In this document: in pieces, positions 11,647 to 22,796 of the stretch | Layout: each line of letters begins with the position of its first letter | How positions within the stretch are numbered: the first letter of the stretch is position 1 | From: an uncultured Bacilli bacterium | Lineage (GTDB): Bacteria > Bacillota_I > Bacilli_A > RFN20 > CAG-826 | Direction: 5' to 3' | Assembly: GCA_944369075.1 (NCBI GenBank) | Contig: CALVXK010000007.1 | Span: 4,362-68,361 of the forward strand | Length of the DNA: 64,000 nucleotides | Position numbers and translations under genes: made by a program | Notes under the pieces: model-generated | Told to the model about the DNA's origin: nothing | Seen by the model: the letters and a program-made list of their open reading frames with translations, nothing else | Databases searched by the model: none

Positions 11647-11679
11647 AATGGTTCAAATATTCTAACTATTTGAACCATT
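11647..11679 (-). terminator. Intrinsic terminator
   Basis: AATGGTTCAAATA / TATTTGAACCATT hairpin with T-run on the - strand. Confidence 0.7.
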
Positions 11680-11700
11680 AAAATGTTTAAAATTTAATAA

Positions 11701-12828
11701 TTATTTAACGTAAACTAATTCGTAATCATCAGTTCCAAGATTAAGTTCTTTAGCTCTTCTAATACAAGCTTCCCATTCAGTTGTTGGGAAAATAGTATGG
11801 AAATAATCATGATGATGTTCTTCTAAATGAGCTTTTTGTTCACTTAACATAGAATTATCATTTACTGGCATTGCATTAACTTTATCAGCACAAGCTTTAT
11901 CTAAAGCAACTGGATCAAAAGAAGCAAAGAAACCAACTGAAGGTGTAATTGGAGTATCATTTTCTCCATGACAATCGCAGAAAGGTGAAATATCCATAAC
12001 TAAAGAAATATGGAACGTAGGTTTATTTTTCATAACCGCATTAGCATATTCAGCAATTTTATAATTTAAGATAACGTTTGAATCATTATTAATAAATTCA
12101 ATTGCATGAGTTGGACATACTTCAACGCATCTTCCACAACCAACACATTTATTTAAATCAATAGTGCACTTTCCGTTTTCATAGATTTGAGCATCGTGAT
12201 TACAAACTGTTTTACATTTTTTACAACCGATACATTTTTCACTTATAACTTTTGCTTGAGAAGCACTATGCATATCTTCTTTACCTTTTCTTGAACCACA
12301 TCCCATGCCAAGATTTTTAAGTGCTCCACCAAATCCAGCACCTTCATGTCCTTTAAAATGGCTTAAAGAAATAATAATATCGCTATCTACAATATCTTTG
12401 CCAATAAGTGGGCTTTTACATAAATCGTTTTCTGGACAATGAACTCCTACTTCTGAATTTCCTTTTAAACCATCACCAATTAAAACTTCCATTCCGGTCG
12501 TTGCATAAGTAAAACCATTTAATCTAGCGTTTTCAAGATGATCAACAGAATTCCATCTTTTTCCAGTATAAAGTGTGTTGCAATCGATTAAATAAGGTTT
12601 ACCACCTAATCTTTTAACAATATCACCAACTACTTTAGCATAATTTGGGCGAATATATGACATATTTCCAAGTTCACCGAAATGCATTTTAATAGCGACG
12701 AATTTGTCTTTAAAATCAATCTTTTCAATTCCTGCAGCTAGAATTACTCTTTCTAATTTTTTTAAAAGGTTATCTCCCATAGGAGCTCTTAAATCACTCC
12801 AATAAACCTTTGACTTATTTTCACTCAT
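11701..12828 (-). CDS. DUF362-domain 4Fe-4S protein
   Basis: 'VAIKMHFGELGN', 'SHFKGH', 'GGALKNLGMG', two CxxCxxCxxxC ferredoxin motifs; start moved to MSENK after GGGAG RBS. Confidence 0.88.
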   Translation of the reverse strand: MSENKSKVYWSDLRAPMGDNLLKKLERVILAAGIEKIDFKDKFVAIKMHFGELGNMSYIRPNYAKVVGDIVKRLGGKPYLIDCNTLYTGKRWNSVDHLENARLNGFTYATTGMEVLIGDGLKGNSEVGVHCPENDLCKSPLIGKDIVDSDIIISLSHFKGHEGAGFGGALKNLGMGCGSRKGKEDMHSASQAKVISEKCIGCKKCKTVCNHDAQIYENGKCTIDLNKCVGCGRCVEVCPTHAIEFINNDSNVILNYKIAEYANAVMKNKPTFHISLVMDISPFCDCHGENDTPITPSVGFFASFDPVALDKACADKVNAMPVNDNSMLSEQKAHLEEHHHDYFHTIFPTTEWEACIRRAKELNLGTDDYELVYVK

Positions 12829-12897
12829 AAATTTCTCCCTTATCAAAATTTATAGTAATATTTTACTGCCTAAACTTAACTTTAGGTCAAGAATAAA

Positions 12898-13953
12898 TTA
12901 ATCTAAATCGTCTTTAATTGCACCAGATTTTGCATATGCAGTTGATCTAGCTTCAAAGAAATCAGTTTTAATCATATTAGCATTAGAATATTCACTAACC
13001 CACTTCATAGATGATGGCTCTTCTCTATGTCCTTCATAAATAGGTTCAAAACCTAAATCCATACATCTTCTATTACCTAAGTATTTAATATAATCATCGA
13101 CCATTTCTTCGTTTAGACCTGGGATATCATTACCAATAATATATTTTCCCCAAGCCATTTCTTGCTCGCAGCCTTCTTTAATCATACCTCTAAGAGTTTC
13201 AATTGTTTCTTTATCAAAAAGCCATGCTTCTTCTTTTTGAAGTTCGTTAATAATATTTCTAAATAACCAAAGATGAGTATTTTCATCACGGTTAATATAT
13301 CTAATTTCTTGAACTGAACCAGGCATTTTTCCATTTCTTCCAAGATTATAGAAAAACATAAAACCCGAATAGAAGTAAACACCTTCTAAAATATAGTTAG
13401 CGCACATTACTTTTAAAAGTGTATGGTAATCTTTATGTAAAACGAGTTCATTATAATTATCACCAATAAACTTGTTTCTTTTTAAAAGATGTTCGTCATT
13501 TTTCCATTGATATAAAATTTCTTCTCTTTCAGTTGGAGAACAAATTGTATCAAGCATATAAGAATATGCTTGAGAATGAATTGATTCTTGGAAGTTTTGA
13601 ATATTTAAGCATAAATTAACTTCATTTGCGGTAATAAATTCACCAACATTTGGTAAGTTAGCAGTTTGAATAGAATCTAAAAATACTAAGAAAGATAAAA
13701 CTTTATCGTAAGCTCTTTTTTCAGCTTTTGTAAGTTTAGCACGATAATCTTTAACATCTTGAGAAAGACTAATTTCTTCTGGAATCCAGAAATTATTCAT
13801 TGCTTGTCTATACCAAGAAGAAACCCATGAATATTTCATGTTATTGAAATCATTTAAATTGGTAGTATTTCCACCAATCATTCTTCTTTTAGCAACTTCA
13901 ATATCACCATCTGGATTAAAAAGTGCTTTTCTAACTAATTCTTTGTTTTCCAT
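12898..13953 (-). CDS. nrdB: Class I ribonucleotide reductase beta subunit
   Basis: Canonical ligands D (FLDSIQ), E/H and radical Tyr (ESIHSQAY), LEG, RDENTH; 'TDFFEAR'. Confidence 0.93.
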   Translation of the reverse strand: MENKELVRKALFNPDGDIEVAKRRMIGGNTTNLNDFNNMKYSWVSSWYRQAMNNFWIPEEISLSQDVKDYRAKLTKAEKRAYDKVLSFLVFLDSIQTANLPNVGEFITANEVNLCLNIQNFQESIHSQAYSYMLDTICSPTEREEILYQWKNDEHLLKRNKFIGDNYNELVLHKDYHTLLKVMCANYILEGVYFYSGFMFFYNLGRNGKMPGSVQEIRYINRDENTHLWLFRNIINELQKEEAWLFDKETIETLRGMIKEGCEQEMAWGKYIIGNDIPGLNEEMVDDYIKYLGNRRCMDLGFEPIYEGHREEPSSMKWVSEYSNANMIKTDFFEARSTAYAKSGAIKDDLD

Positions 13954-13979
13954 TTTTTATTCACTCCATTTAAATTATA

Positions 13980-16523
13980 TTAAGAAGCACAAGATTCACA
14001 TTCTTCTACTTCAAGAGATTTAGATCTAACATAATAAATTGATTTAACTTCATTCTCATAAGCATGAATGTATAAATTTAAAATTTGCTTCATTGAATAA
14101 TCATTTGTTATATATAAGTTCATTGAAGTAGCTTGATCAACGTGTCTACTTCTTCTTCCAGCCGCTTTAATAGTCCATTCTTGATCAATAATATGAGCAT
14201 CTTTATAAATAAAGAAGTTTTGAGTCGATAAAGAAGGAGCTACACGAGGAATCATCTCACCTTTTTTCTCTTCATAGAAGAATTTTTTCATAATTGGGTC
14301 GACTCCTGGAGAGGTTGAAGAAATTATTGAAGTTGAAGAAGTTGGAGCAATAGCAATTAAATAGGCGTTTCTTAAGCCAAATTTATGAACTTCTTCTTTA
14401 AGTTCATTCCATCTAGGAGAATTATAATTTCTTAAAGTAAAGAAATCTCCATTATCAAAATCGCTTCCTTCAAAAAGTTGATATTTACCTTTTTCTTTAG
14501 CAAGTTTATTGCTTGCTTTAATTGCAAAATAAGATATATCTTCAAATACTTTATCAACAAAATCTAGATGTTCTTCGCTTTCCCATTTTATCATGTTATT
14601 AGTTAGCATATGGTGATAGCCACTAACTCCTAAGCCGATTGCACGATATTTTTTATTGGTAATTTTTGCATAAGGAAGAGGATATAAATTTAAATCAATT
14701 ACATTATCTAAAGCTCTAACAGTAATTGAGATAATTTTTTCAAGTTCTTCTTTATTATTTACATCAATATTTCCTAAAGTAAGTGAAGCTAAATTGCAAA
14801 CAACAAAGTCTCCTGGTAAAGTTTCTTCAACAACTACTTTTTCTCCATCTTCAAGTCTAATTTCTCTTTTTTTAAGTGTAATTGGAGACATATTTTGTGC
14901 AATTTCAGTACATAGATTTGAACAATAAATCATTCCAGCATGTTTATTTGGATTATATTTATTAACAATATCACGGTTAAAAGTAAATGGAGTTCCGGTT
15001 TCAACTAATGATTTAATGATTAATCTAACGATATCTTTGATAACAAATTCTCTTTTAGAGATTCTAAAATCATTAACGCAATCTAAATATCTTTTTTCCC
15101 ATTCTTCTCCATAATAATCTTCTAAATAGTATCCTTTAACTGCATGAACTTCATAAGGATCAAGTAAATACCATTTAGAATTTAAATCTTTTTTGCATAA
15201 TTCCCAGAATAAATTTGGATAACAAATTCCAGGGAATATATCATGAGCTTTCATTCTTTCATCACCATTATTTGTACGAAGTTGTAAAAATTCTGGTAAA
15301 TCTTTATGCCATACATCTAAATAGCAAGCGCAAGCTCCACTTCTAACTCCAAGTTGATCAACTGCAACAGCAACATCGTTTATAATTCTAATCCAACGAA
15401 TTACTCCTCCTGCTGCTCCTTTAAATCCTCTAATTGGAGCGCCATTTGCTCTAACTTTTCCTAAATATAGACCCATTCCACCACCAAATTTAGAGACTTT
15501 AGCAAAATTATCAATTGATCTAAAAATTCCATCTAAAGAATCTGGAACAGTATCAATAAAGCAAGAAGAAAGTTGGTGGTAAGGTTTACGACCATTTAGC
15601 ATTGTTGGAGTAGCCATTGTAGCTTTTAAAGAAGCTAAAATATTATAGAAATCTTTAACTTTTGAAAGTCGGTCTTCTTTTTCATTCATCATTAAATGTA
15701 GGGCTAGAGTTAAAAACATTTCTTGTGGAGTTTCTAAAACTACTAAATCATGGTCTCTAACTAAATATCTTTTATATAAGAGTTCAAATGAAGAATATGT
15801 TAAGAGTTTATCGTAATCTTTATTTATAAAACTTGAAGCATAAATTAATTCTTCATCACTATATTTTTCTCTTAAAATAGGGAAATATAATTTATTATTA
15901 ACTAAATAATTAAATTTATCTAAGTAATTTGAACTTAAACCTTTTCTTTTTAATGTTTCTTTTAAGTCATCATAAAAAGAAAGAATATAGATTCTACCAG
16001 AAATAAATTCCCATTTAGGAGCTTCCATTGATGTAAGTTCCATGCTTGCTCTAATTAAAGCTTTCTTTTTATCTTCATAAGAAATATTAGAATATAAAAA
16101 TGAATTAAATTTATCATCTAATTTATCTAAAGAATAACTTGATTCTAAAAAATCATTTTCAATATCTTTTAAGCAAGAATTTAAGTCTTCTTTAAAAGAT
16201 TCTTTTTCAAAATTAGAAACAATCTTGTTTCTAATTTCTCTTTTTTTATTTCGATTTTCACGATAAAGAATATAGGCTTTTGATTCTTCAAAATAACCTT
16301 CTTCCATTAAAGTCTTTTCAACAAGATTTTGAATTTCTTCAACAGTTAAGTTTTCTTCACTTAAATTAAGTTTTTCTAAAACTTTATTAGTTAAATATTC
16401 ATCAATATTTTCTTCATAAGTTTTATCTTTAAAAGAAGTTAAACATTTTTTAATTGCATTTTTAATCTTAGAAGAGTCAAAAAGTTCTTCTCTTCCATCT
16501 CTTTTTATAATCTTAATATCCAT
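13980..16523 (-). CDS. nrdA: Class I ribonucleotide reductase alpha subunit with N-terminal ATP-cone
   Basis: 'IIKRDGR' cone, 'ATPT', 'SSCF', 'SNLCTEI', 'APTSSTS', 'YYVRS', C-terminal CESC. Confidence 0.95.
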   Translation of the reverse strand: MDIKIIKRDGREELFDSSKIKNAIKKCLTSFKDKTYEENIDEYLTNKVLEKLNLSEENLTVEEIQNLVEKTLMEEGYFEESKAYILYRENRNKKREIRNKIVSNFEKESFKEDLNSCLKDIENDFLESSYSLDKLDDKFNSFLYSNISYEDKKKALIRASMELTSMEAPKWEFISGRIYILSFYDDLKETLKRKGLSSNYLDKFNYLVNNKLYFPILREKYSDEELIYASSFINKDYDKLLTYSSFELLYKRYLVRDHDLVVLETPQEMFLTLALHLMMNEKEDRLSKVKDFYNILASLKATMATPTMLNGRKPYHQLSSCFIDTVPDSLDGIFRSIDNFAKVSKFGGGMGLYLGKVRANGAPIRGFKGAAGGVIRWIRIINDVAVAVDQLGVRSGACACYLDVWHKDLPEFLQLRTNNGDERMKAHDIFPGICYPNLFWELCKKDLNSKWYLLDPYEVHAVKGYYLEDYYGEEWEKRYLDCVNDFRISKREFVIKDIVRLIIKSLVETGTPFTFNRDIVNKYNPNKHAGMIYCSNLCTEIAQNMSPITLKKREIRLEDGEKVVVEETLPGDFVVCNLASLTLGNIDVNNKEELEKIISITVRALDNVIDLNLYPLPYAKITNKKYRAIGLGVSGYHHMLTNNMIKWESEEHLDFVDKVFEDISYFAIKASNKLAKEKGKYQLFEGSDFDNGDFFTLRNYNSPRWNELKEEVHKFGLRNAYLIAIAPTSSTSIISSTSPGVDPIMKKFFYEEKKGEMIPRVAPSLSTQNFFIYKDAHIIDQEWTIKAAGRRSRHVDQATSMNLYITNDYSMKQILNLYIHAYENEVKSIYYVRSKSLEVEECESCAS

Positions 16524-16537
16524 GTAATCCCCTTTAT

Positions 16538-18001
16538 TTAATCTTCTAATCGATCTAATTTACGAGCAATTTTACTTATATCAAAACGATCAATTTTTAA
16601 TTTCATTTCATTAATGAATCCATTAATAATGTCATTTGAATCATTCATTATAGAAACAGATAAATCATTGATCTTTTTAGCATCTTCACCAATTTTAGAA
16701 ATCTTTTTATTTAATTTAGACATAATATCTTCAAGATATTTTCTTTTAAATTCATCGAATTCTTTTATCACATCATCACTTTTTTTAAATTCTTCTTTTG
16801 TTTTAGAAACTTCAACTAATATATCTTTATATTTATCGCTTAAAGCAACTAAAAGTGAAATAAATGATATAAAGTAAGGTGGTCTAACAATAAACATCTT
16901 TTCATATTCGTTTACTTTTTTAATTGGAACATCATTTGCTGAATCCCATTCAAGTTCAGAAACAAGTAAGGCATATTCTAACTTCTTCTTATTTCTATTT
17001 TTATCAAGTTGTGTAAAATAAGATGCATTAGTTTTTTTATGAGTTGAAACATTCGATTCATTTTTCATTTCTAAACAAATCGAAGTAAGTAAATTTTCAT
17101 CTTTAAAGTCACTTGAAGAATAATGTTTAAAAATAAAATCACCTTTTGAGCCTTTACTTTCATCTTCTTCTTTAACAACATCATTATCTTTAATAAAAGA
17201 TGAATTTAAAAAAGCACCAGCATTAGAATAAGATTCATATTCATTTTGACACCATTTTTCAAGTTCTTCACCAAGACGCTTAACATTTAAAGAAGATTTA
17301 TTTAATTCAAGTTGATTAATTCGTTCTTGTTTAAGACTAATCTCCTTTTTTAAAGCATTAATTTCTTCTTCTTTTTCTTTATTCAAATCAACTTTAAGTT
17401 GTTCTTTAGATAAAGTTAGATCAGATATTTGTTTATTTAAATCTTCTTTAATCTTATTTTTTTCAATTTCGATAGTTAGATTTTGATTTGTTTTTAAATT
17501 ATTAACTTCATTTTCTAAATCTTTAATTTTATTTTCATAACTAACTTTTAATGTAGCTAATTCTTTAGTTAATTTAACTTCATTTTCTTTACTTAAATCA
17601 TTTAATTTAGAATTTAAAGAAGATAATTGAAGTTTTAGATCGCTAATTTCTTTAGATTTTTCTTGTTCTACACTTAGCCTTATATTTTCTTTAACTGATT
17701 CAAGTTCTTTTTTAGATGATTTAACTAAATTATCGTATTCTAATCTTAAAAGAGATAACTCTTTATCTTTTTCTTTTAAAGAATCATTAAATTTAGCTAC
17801 TTCGTTAGTTAATAAAGCATTAACTTCTTTATTTATTCTTTGAGAGATATAACTTTCTTTAGCATTATCAAATATTTTTTCTAAGGCTTCATGATCATAA
17901 GAACTAATCGAATTTAAATTAATAAAGTCACCTTTATTAGCATCTTCTTCTAAAACAAGAGTTGTTTTAGAAGAAAGAATTACATTAATCTCTTTTGCCA
18001 T
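16538..18001 (-). CDS. DUF2130-domain coiled-coil protein
   Basis: Long coiled coil, then 'GEELEKWC', 'KGDFIF', 'CLEMKNE', 'EYALLVSELE'. Confidence 0.8.
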   Translation of the reverse strand: MAKEINVILSSKTTLVLEEDANKGDFINLNSISSYDHEALEKIFDNAKESYISQRINKEVNALLTNEVAKFNDSLKEKDKELSLLRLEYDNLVKSSKKELESVKENIRLSVEQEKSKEISDLKLQLSSLNSKLNDLSKENEVKLTKELATLKVSYENKIKDLENEVNNLKTNQNLTIEIEKNKIKEDLNKQISDLTLSKEQLKVDLNKEKEEEINALKKEISLKQERINQLELNKSSLNVKRLGEELEKWCQNEYESYSNAGAFLNSSFIKDNDVVKEEDESKGSKGDFIFKHYSSSDFKDENLLTSICLEMKNESNVSTHKKTNASYFTQLDKNRNKKKLEYALLVSELEWDSANDVPIKKVNEYEKMFIVRPPYFISFISLLVALSDKYKDILVEVSKTKEEFKKSDDVIKEFDEFKRKYLEDIMSKLNKKISKIGEDAKKINDLSVSIMNDSNDIINGFINEMKLKIDRFDISKIARKLDRLED

Positions 18002-18011
18002 TTTTGTTACC

Positions 18012-18437
18012 TTATAAATCTAATGAACGAATAGTTTCAACAGATTTCATCTCTTCTTTAGACTTAATTTCGTTTTTACTTAATGCATTTAACATAATAA
18101 TTGAAGAAGCTAAATTAGTAGCTAAAGGAGTATTTGTTACATCACAAAGTCTAAGTAAAGCTGAAATATCTGGTTCATGAGGTTGAGCAGTTAATGGATC
18201 TCTTAAAAAGATTACTAAATCAAGTTCATCATCAGCAATCATTGAACCAATTTGTTGATCTCCTCCTAATGGACCGCTTTTTAAACAATTTATATTTAAG
18301 GATGTTGCTTCTTTTACTAATTTTCCAGTAGTTCCAGTAGCATAAATTACATGCTTTGCTAAAACATCTTTATATTTTAAACAAAGGCGAATCATTTCAA
18401 CTTTCTTTTTATCATGAGCAATTATTGCAAGTTTCAT
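18012..18437 (-). CDS. mgsA: Methylglyoxal synthase
   Basis: 'IAHDKKK', 'ATGTTG', '[11 protein letters not shown]', '[20 protein letters not shown]'. Confidence 0.96.
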   Translation of the reverse strand: MKLAIIAHDKKKVEMIRLCLKYKDVLAKHVIYATGTTGKLVKEATSLNINCLKSGPLGGDQQIGSMIADDELDLVIFLRDPLTAQPHEPDISALLRLCDVTNTPLATNLASSIIMLNALSKNEIKSKEEMKSVETIRSLDL

Positions 18438-18666
18438 CTTTATCTCCTTTAGACTAAATCTAATACATCTTTAACATTATTTAACACTAAAAATTATAGC
18501 AAAAAAGGGGTGATAAAATAAAAAAGTTTATTAAATTTTTTTAGTATATTTTTAGTAAGAATTAAGCATTAAATTAGGTAATATTTAAATAATAAATCTT
18601 AAAATAAATAATGTTGTCTCTTATTAATTTTCTTTTAAATTAAATACTAGAATTAGCTTAAATTTA

Positions 18667-19920
18667 TTAATTTAAATCATTCTTTTTAATATCTTTTATT
18701 ATTTCTAAAATAAACTTCTTAGGATTAGTAATTGCTTCAATTAAATTAGAAGAATAAGTTTTATATATTGGGTAGATATTTTTAATAAAAAATTTAATTT
18801 TATTAAAAATATCATCACTTATATTAATCTCATTACTTCCTAGTATTAGTATTAATTTATTTTTATCTTTATTTATATCTAAATAAGATAATATTCCTCC
18901 TATAACTTTATTATTTAAAATAGATGAATAATCTAATTTTCCTTCTCCACTAATAATAAAGTTATACTTATTTTTAATATCTTTAAAATTAATATAATCT
19001 AAAAAGAAATTAATACCTTGAAAATAACTAGTATTTTTAATTATATGATTAAAGATATAACCTAGTCCTCCACTACTTCCATCTCCTTTAGTACTTGATT
19101 TATTATAAAAATAAATAGAATTAGATACTAAATCATTAAATTTAGTAAAATAACTTTCTAAAGTATTAATAGTATCTAATAAATATTTATTTTTATATTC
19201 TAAATTATTAAATGATGGCGTTAATATCTTTTGTTTAGCATATATAAAATTAGCCCCAGATAAACCTAAAAGAGGGTTATTTACATCATTAATTAAATTA
19301 ATTTTAAATGATAAGTTTTTAATAGTAGATAGATCTATTCTTTTAATATTTTCAATATCGTTAATATATAAATCTTTATTTATTTTATTATCATTTAAAT
19401 CAAAGAAAGTAACATTTAAGCTTTTTAATAATCCTATCCCTAAATCATTAATAGCACTTCCTCCTAAAGATAAATATAAAGTATTCATTAAATTTAATTT
19501 ATCTAAAATTAGAAGTATTTCTCCTATTCCTTTACTAGTTCTATTAAATATATCAACATACTTATTATTTAACTTTTCTTTTGATAGTTTATTAAAAAGT
19601 TCTAATCCAACTATAGTAGATGTTTCTAAATAACCTACTTTTTTATTAATATCAATTAATACTGGTACATCTACTTTTATATCATTAATTAAAGAACTTA
19701 CCTTAAAAGTAAGTTCTTTAATCTCATTAAGATTATTATTTATCTTATAGATAAATTTAATTAATGATAAAAAGTTTTCTCCTCCATCACTTAAAGGATA
19801 ATAACTTACATTAATATTATCATCGTCTAAATTAGATTTAATAAATTTAGATAGTTCTAAAGAAGAGATACTACCTTTAAAAGAATCTAAAAGTAATAAT
19901 ATATTAATCTTTTCTTTCAT
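18667..19920 (-). CDS. Glycerate kinase family protein (divergent)
   Basis: 'DSFKGSISS', 'PLSDGGE', 'LGGSAINDLG', 'DVNNPLLG', 'GEGKLD'. Confidence 0.82.
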   Translation of the reverse strand: MKEKINILLLLDSFKGSISSLELSKFIKSNLDDDNINVSYYPLSDGGENFLSLIKFIYKINNNLNEIKELTFKVSSLINDIKVDVPVLIDINKKVGYLETSTIVGLELFNKLSKEKLNNKYVDIFNRTSKGIGEILLILDKLNLMNTLYLSLGGSAINDLGIGLLKSLNVTFFDLNDNKINKDLYINDIENIKRIDLSTIKNLSFKINLINDVNNPLLGLSGANFIYAKQKILTPSFNNLEYKNKYLLDTINTLESYFTKFNDLVSNSIYFYNKSSTKGDGSSGGLGYIFNHIIKNTSYFQGINFFLDYINFKDIKNKYNFIISGEGKLDYSSILNNKVIGGILSYLDINKDKNKLILILGSNEINISDDIFNKIKFFIKNIYPIYKTYSSNLIEAITNPKKFILEIIKDIKKNDLN

Positions 19921-20809
19921 TACCAATAAAGAATAAAGCTAAAGTACCAGGTCCTGTATGAGCCCCAATTGTAGTACCAATATCAAATATCTTAACTTTT
20001 CTTTTTAAATGTGGGAATTTTTCTTCAATTAAATCTTTAACCTTATTAGCTACATCTAAAATATCAGAATGAGAAATAAAACAATAATCGCTATATTCTA
20101 AACCATTACTAGCATTTTCAACCATCTTTTGAACGATTCTAAGCATACATTTTTTCTCGCCTAAAATCTTTTCTCTAACGATTAATTTACCTTCATTAGA
20201 TACATTTAAAAGTGGACAAATATGAAGCATATTACCAATTGTTCCACTAGTTTTAGAAACTCTTCCACCTCTAATATAGAAAGTTAAATCAGTTGAAAAG
20301 AACCAATGGTTAACATTAAGTCTTATTTTTTCAGCATATTCTTTAGTTTCTTCAATAGAATGGCCTTCTTTTTTAAAGTCACTAAGTTTTACCATAAGTA
20401 AACCATAGCCACTAGATGCAGCTAAAGAATCAACAACATATATTTTAAAATTAGGATAAGTTTTTTTAACTTCCTTTATAGCTTCAATAGCATTATTTAA
20501 AGTTCCACTAATTCCACTTGAAAGAGTAAGATGAAGAACATCTTTTCCTACTCTAGCAAAAGAAGTAAAGTAATCTACATATTGTCCTACACTAATTTGA
20601 CTAGTTCTAGTCATTTTGCCTTTAACCATTTCATCATAAAATGTCTTCATAGACATTGTTTTTCCAAAATCATCAACATATTCTTTATTATCTAAAAAAT
20701 AATGAAATGGGGTATAAGATATATCTCTTTTATTAAGTTCTTCAAGATTTAAATCAACTGTTGAACAACAAGATAAAACAAAGTTATTATTTGAATTGAT
20801 ATCGACCAT
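19904..20809 (-). CDS. DegV family fatty-acid-binding protein
   Basis: 'RTSQ', 'LSSGISGT', 'VDSLAASSG', 'GGRVS', 'IGAHTGPG'. Confidence 0.92.
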   Translation of the reverse strand: MVDINSNNNFVLSCCSTVDLNLEELNKRDISYTPFHYFLDNKEYVDDFGKTMSMKTFYDEMVKGKMTRTSQISVGQYVDYFTSFARVGKDVLHLTLSSGISGTLNNAIEAIKEVKKTYPNFKIYVVDSLAASSGYGLLMVKLSDFKKEGHSIEETKEYAEKIRLNVNHWFFSTDLTFYIRGGRVSKTSGTIGNMLHICPLLNVSNEGKLIVREKILGEKKCMLRIVQKMVENASNGLEYSDYCFISHSDILDVANKVKDLIEEKFPHLKRKVKIFDIGTTIGAHTGPGTLALFFIGNERKD

Positions 20810-20931
20810 ATTTATTACCTTTCTTTTAAAATCTAGTTAAATTATAAACGTAAAAATTAATAGAAAAAAGTAATTTATAAATAAACTTTTTCGTCAATTT
20901 TTAAAAAGTTAAAATTAGATAATTCTTTTAA

Positions 20932-22794
20932 TTATTTATAATATTTTGCTTGAGCATTAAATAGTTCTTGATATACACCATTATTTATTTTCATTAATTC
21001 TTCATGGCTACCTTCTTCAATTATTTTTCCTTTATCAAGAACTATGATATCATCACAAAACTTAGTAGAAGACATTCTATGCGAAATATAGATTGCTTTT
21101 TTATTAGTTACTAATTTATCAAATAAAGAATAAATTTCAGCTTCACTTATTGGATCTAATGCACTAGTTGGTTCATCTAAAAAGACATAATCACTATCTT
21201 TATATAAAGTTCTAGCAATTGCTATTTTTTGAGCTTCTCCACCACTAACTTCTATTCCTTTTTCAATATAGTTATATAAATAAGTATCAATACCTTTTTC
21301 AAACTTTTGATAATTAAAATTAACTTTATCTAGATCTTCTTTTATTTCTTCTTCATTTATCTTTTTATTTCCACTTACATTTTCTTTAATTGTAAGTGGA
21401 AATAAAGAAAAGTCTTGGAAAACTACTCCAAATAGAGTTTGATAATCTTTAAATCTAAATTTATTTATATTAATGTTGTTTACTAATATCTCTCCTTTTT
21501 CTGGTTTATAGAATCTAGCAATAAGTTTAATAATAGTTGATTTACCAGCTCCATTTTTACCAACTATTGCTGTTTTATTAAACTTACCTAAAGTAAAAGA
21601 AACATCGTCTAAAGCATATTCATTTTGATTAGGGTATTTAAATGAAACGTGATTAAATCTAAATACATAAGGTGCTTTAACTTCACTAATATCAACATAA
21701 TCTTTCTTATCATCATCATTTTTAAGATTAATATAATCTTCAAAATAAGATAAATATGTTGATTGAAGTAACATATCTTGACTTAAAGAGAATATTGATA
21801 CTAAAGCATTTAAAACATTAGTAATAGATCCAACAATAGTAATAATTGAACCTAGTTCAATTATTTTACAATAAGCTTTTAAAGATACTAAGATATAACC
21901 TAGTAATATAATAAAAGAAGAAATAATAGATACTCCTATTTGATTTTTAGCTACTTTTTTAGCTAATCCACCATAACTTTCATCTAGTTTAAAAAATATT
22001 TCTTTCATTCTAGATATAGCTACATCTTTAAGATTAAATATTCTAATATCTTTACCTAAATGATAATCAGTAAATATGCGGGCAAAATAAGCATATTTAT
22101 GGTTATAATCAACATTTTCTTCAAAGAATTTATTACTTATTTTATACATTTTACTTATGAGTAAGATAGTTAATATTAATGCTAAAATAATAAAGATAAC
22201 TAAAATTAATCCTATATACCAAGAATTAGTAAACCTAAATATTAATGAAGAAGTTACTTCTTCATTAATAACTATTTTACTAATATCAATAACTTTAAAT
22301 AATTCTCCAATATAAGAAAAACCTAAGATAATAACAAATATATTTTGTATTAAATTTGCAATATTAGATAAGAAATTACCTATTCCTCCACTAGAATTTT
22401 GTCCATCTCTAGCTTTTTGTAACATTAATTTATTTTCTTCTTTTTCTAAAACTTCATAATCTAAAGTTAAACTACGTTTAGCAAGAAGTAAATCGGTTGT
22501 TCCATATAAAAGAGAGATCAGTGAATTAAAGTAAGAATTTAAAATACTATAAAGAAGATTAGTTAAAAATATTGATACAATAAAAATTGAAGCAATAATA
22601 AATATATCTTTAAACCCTAAAGAATTAACACTAGAGTTATAAATAAGATTAACTACTTGTTCATTAAAAATTAAAGGTAAAAACAATGCTAAACCTTTAA
22701 TTAAACCTATTAAAATAACAATAAAGATTGCTATTTTTGATGATTTAAATGAATATTTAAATATTTTAATTAAATTAGAGAAAGCTTTTTTCAT
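20932..22794 (-). CDS. ABC exporter, fused permease/ATPase subunit 2
   Basis: N-terminal TMs; [26 protein letters not shown]. Confidence 0.9.
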   Translation of the reverse strand: MKKAFSNLIKIFKYSFKSSKIAIFIVILIGLIKGLALFLPLIFNEQVVNLIYNSSVNSLGFKDIFIIASIFIVSIFLTNLLYSILNSYFNSLISLLYGTTDLLLAKRSLTLDYEVLEKEENKLMLQKARDGQNSSGGIGNFLSNIANLIQNIFVIILGFSYIGELFKVIDISKIVINEEVTSSLIFRFTNSWYIGLILVIFIILALILTILLISKMYKISNKFFEENVDYNHKYAYFARIFTDYHLGKDIRIFNLKDVAISRMKEIFFKLDESYGGLAKKVAKNQIGVSIISSFIILLGYILVSLKAYCKIIELGSIITIVGSITNVLNALVSIFSLSQDMLLQSTYLSYFEDYINLKNDDDKKDYVDISEVKAPYVFRFNHVSFKYPNQNEYALDDVSFTLGKFNKTAIVGKNGAGKSTIIKLIARFYKPEKGEILVNNININKFRFKDYQTLFGVVFQDFSLFPLTIKENVSGNKKINEEEIKEDLDKVNFNYQKFEKGIDTYLYNYIEKGIEVSGGEAQKIAIARTLYKDSDYVFLDEPTSALDPISEAEIYSLFDKLVTNKKAIYISHRMSSTKFCDDIIVLDKGKIIEEGSHEELMKINNGVYQELFNAQAKYYK

Positions 22795-22796
22795 AT

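Noticed and set aside
12898-13953. Metal-free class Ie or other atypical RNR beta
   Set aside because: All canonical carboxylate/His ligands and the radical Tyr are present.
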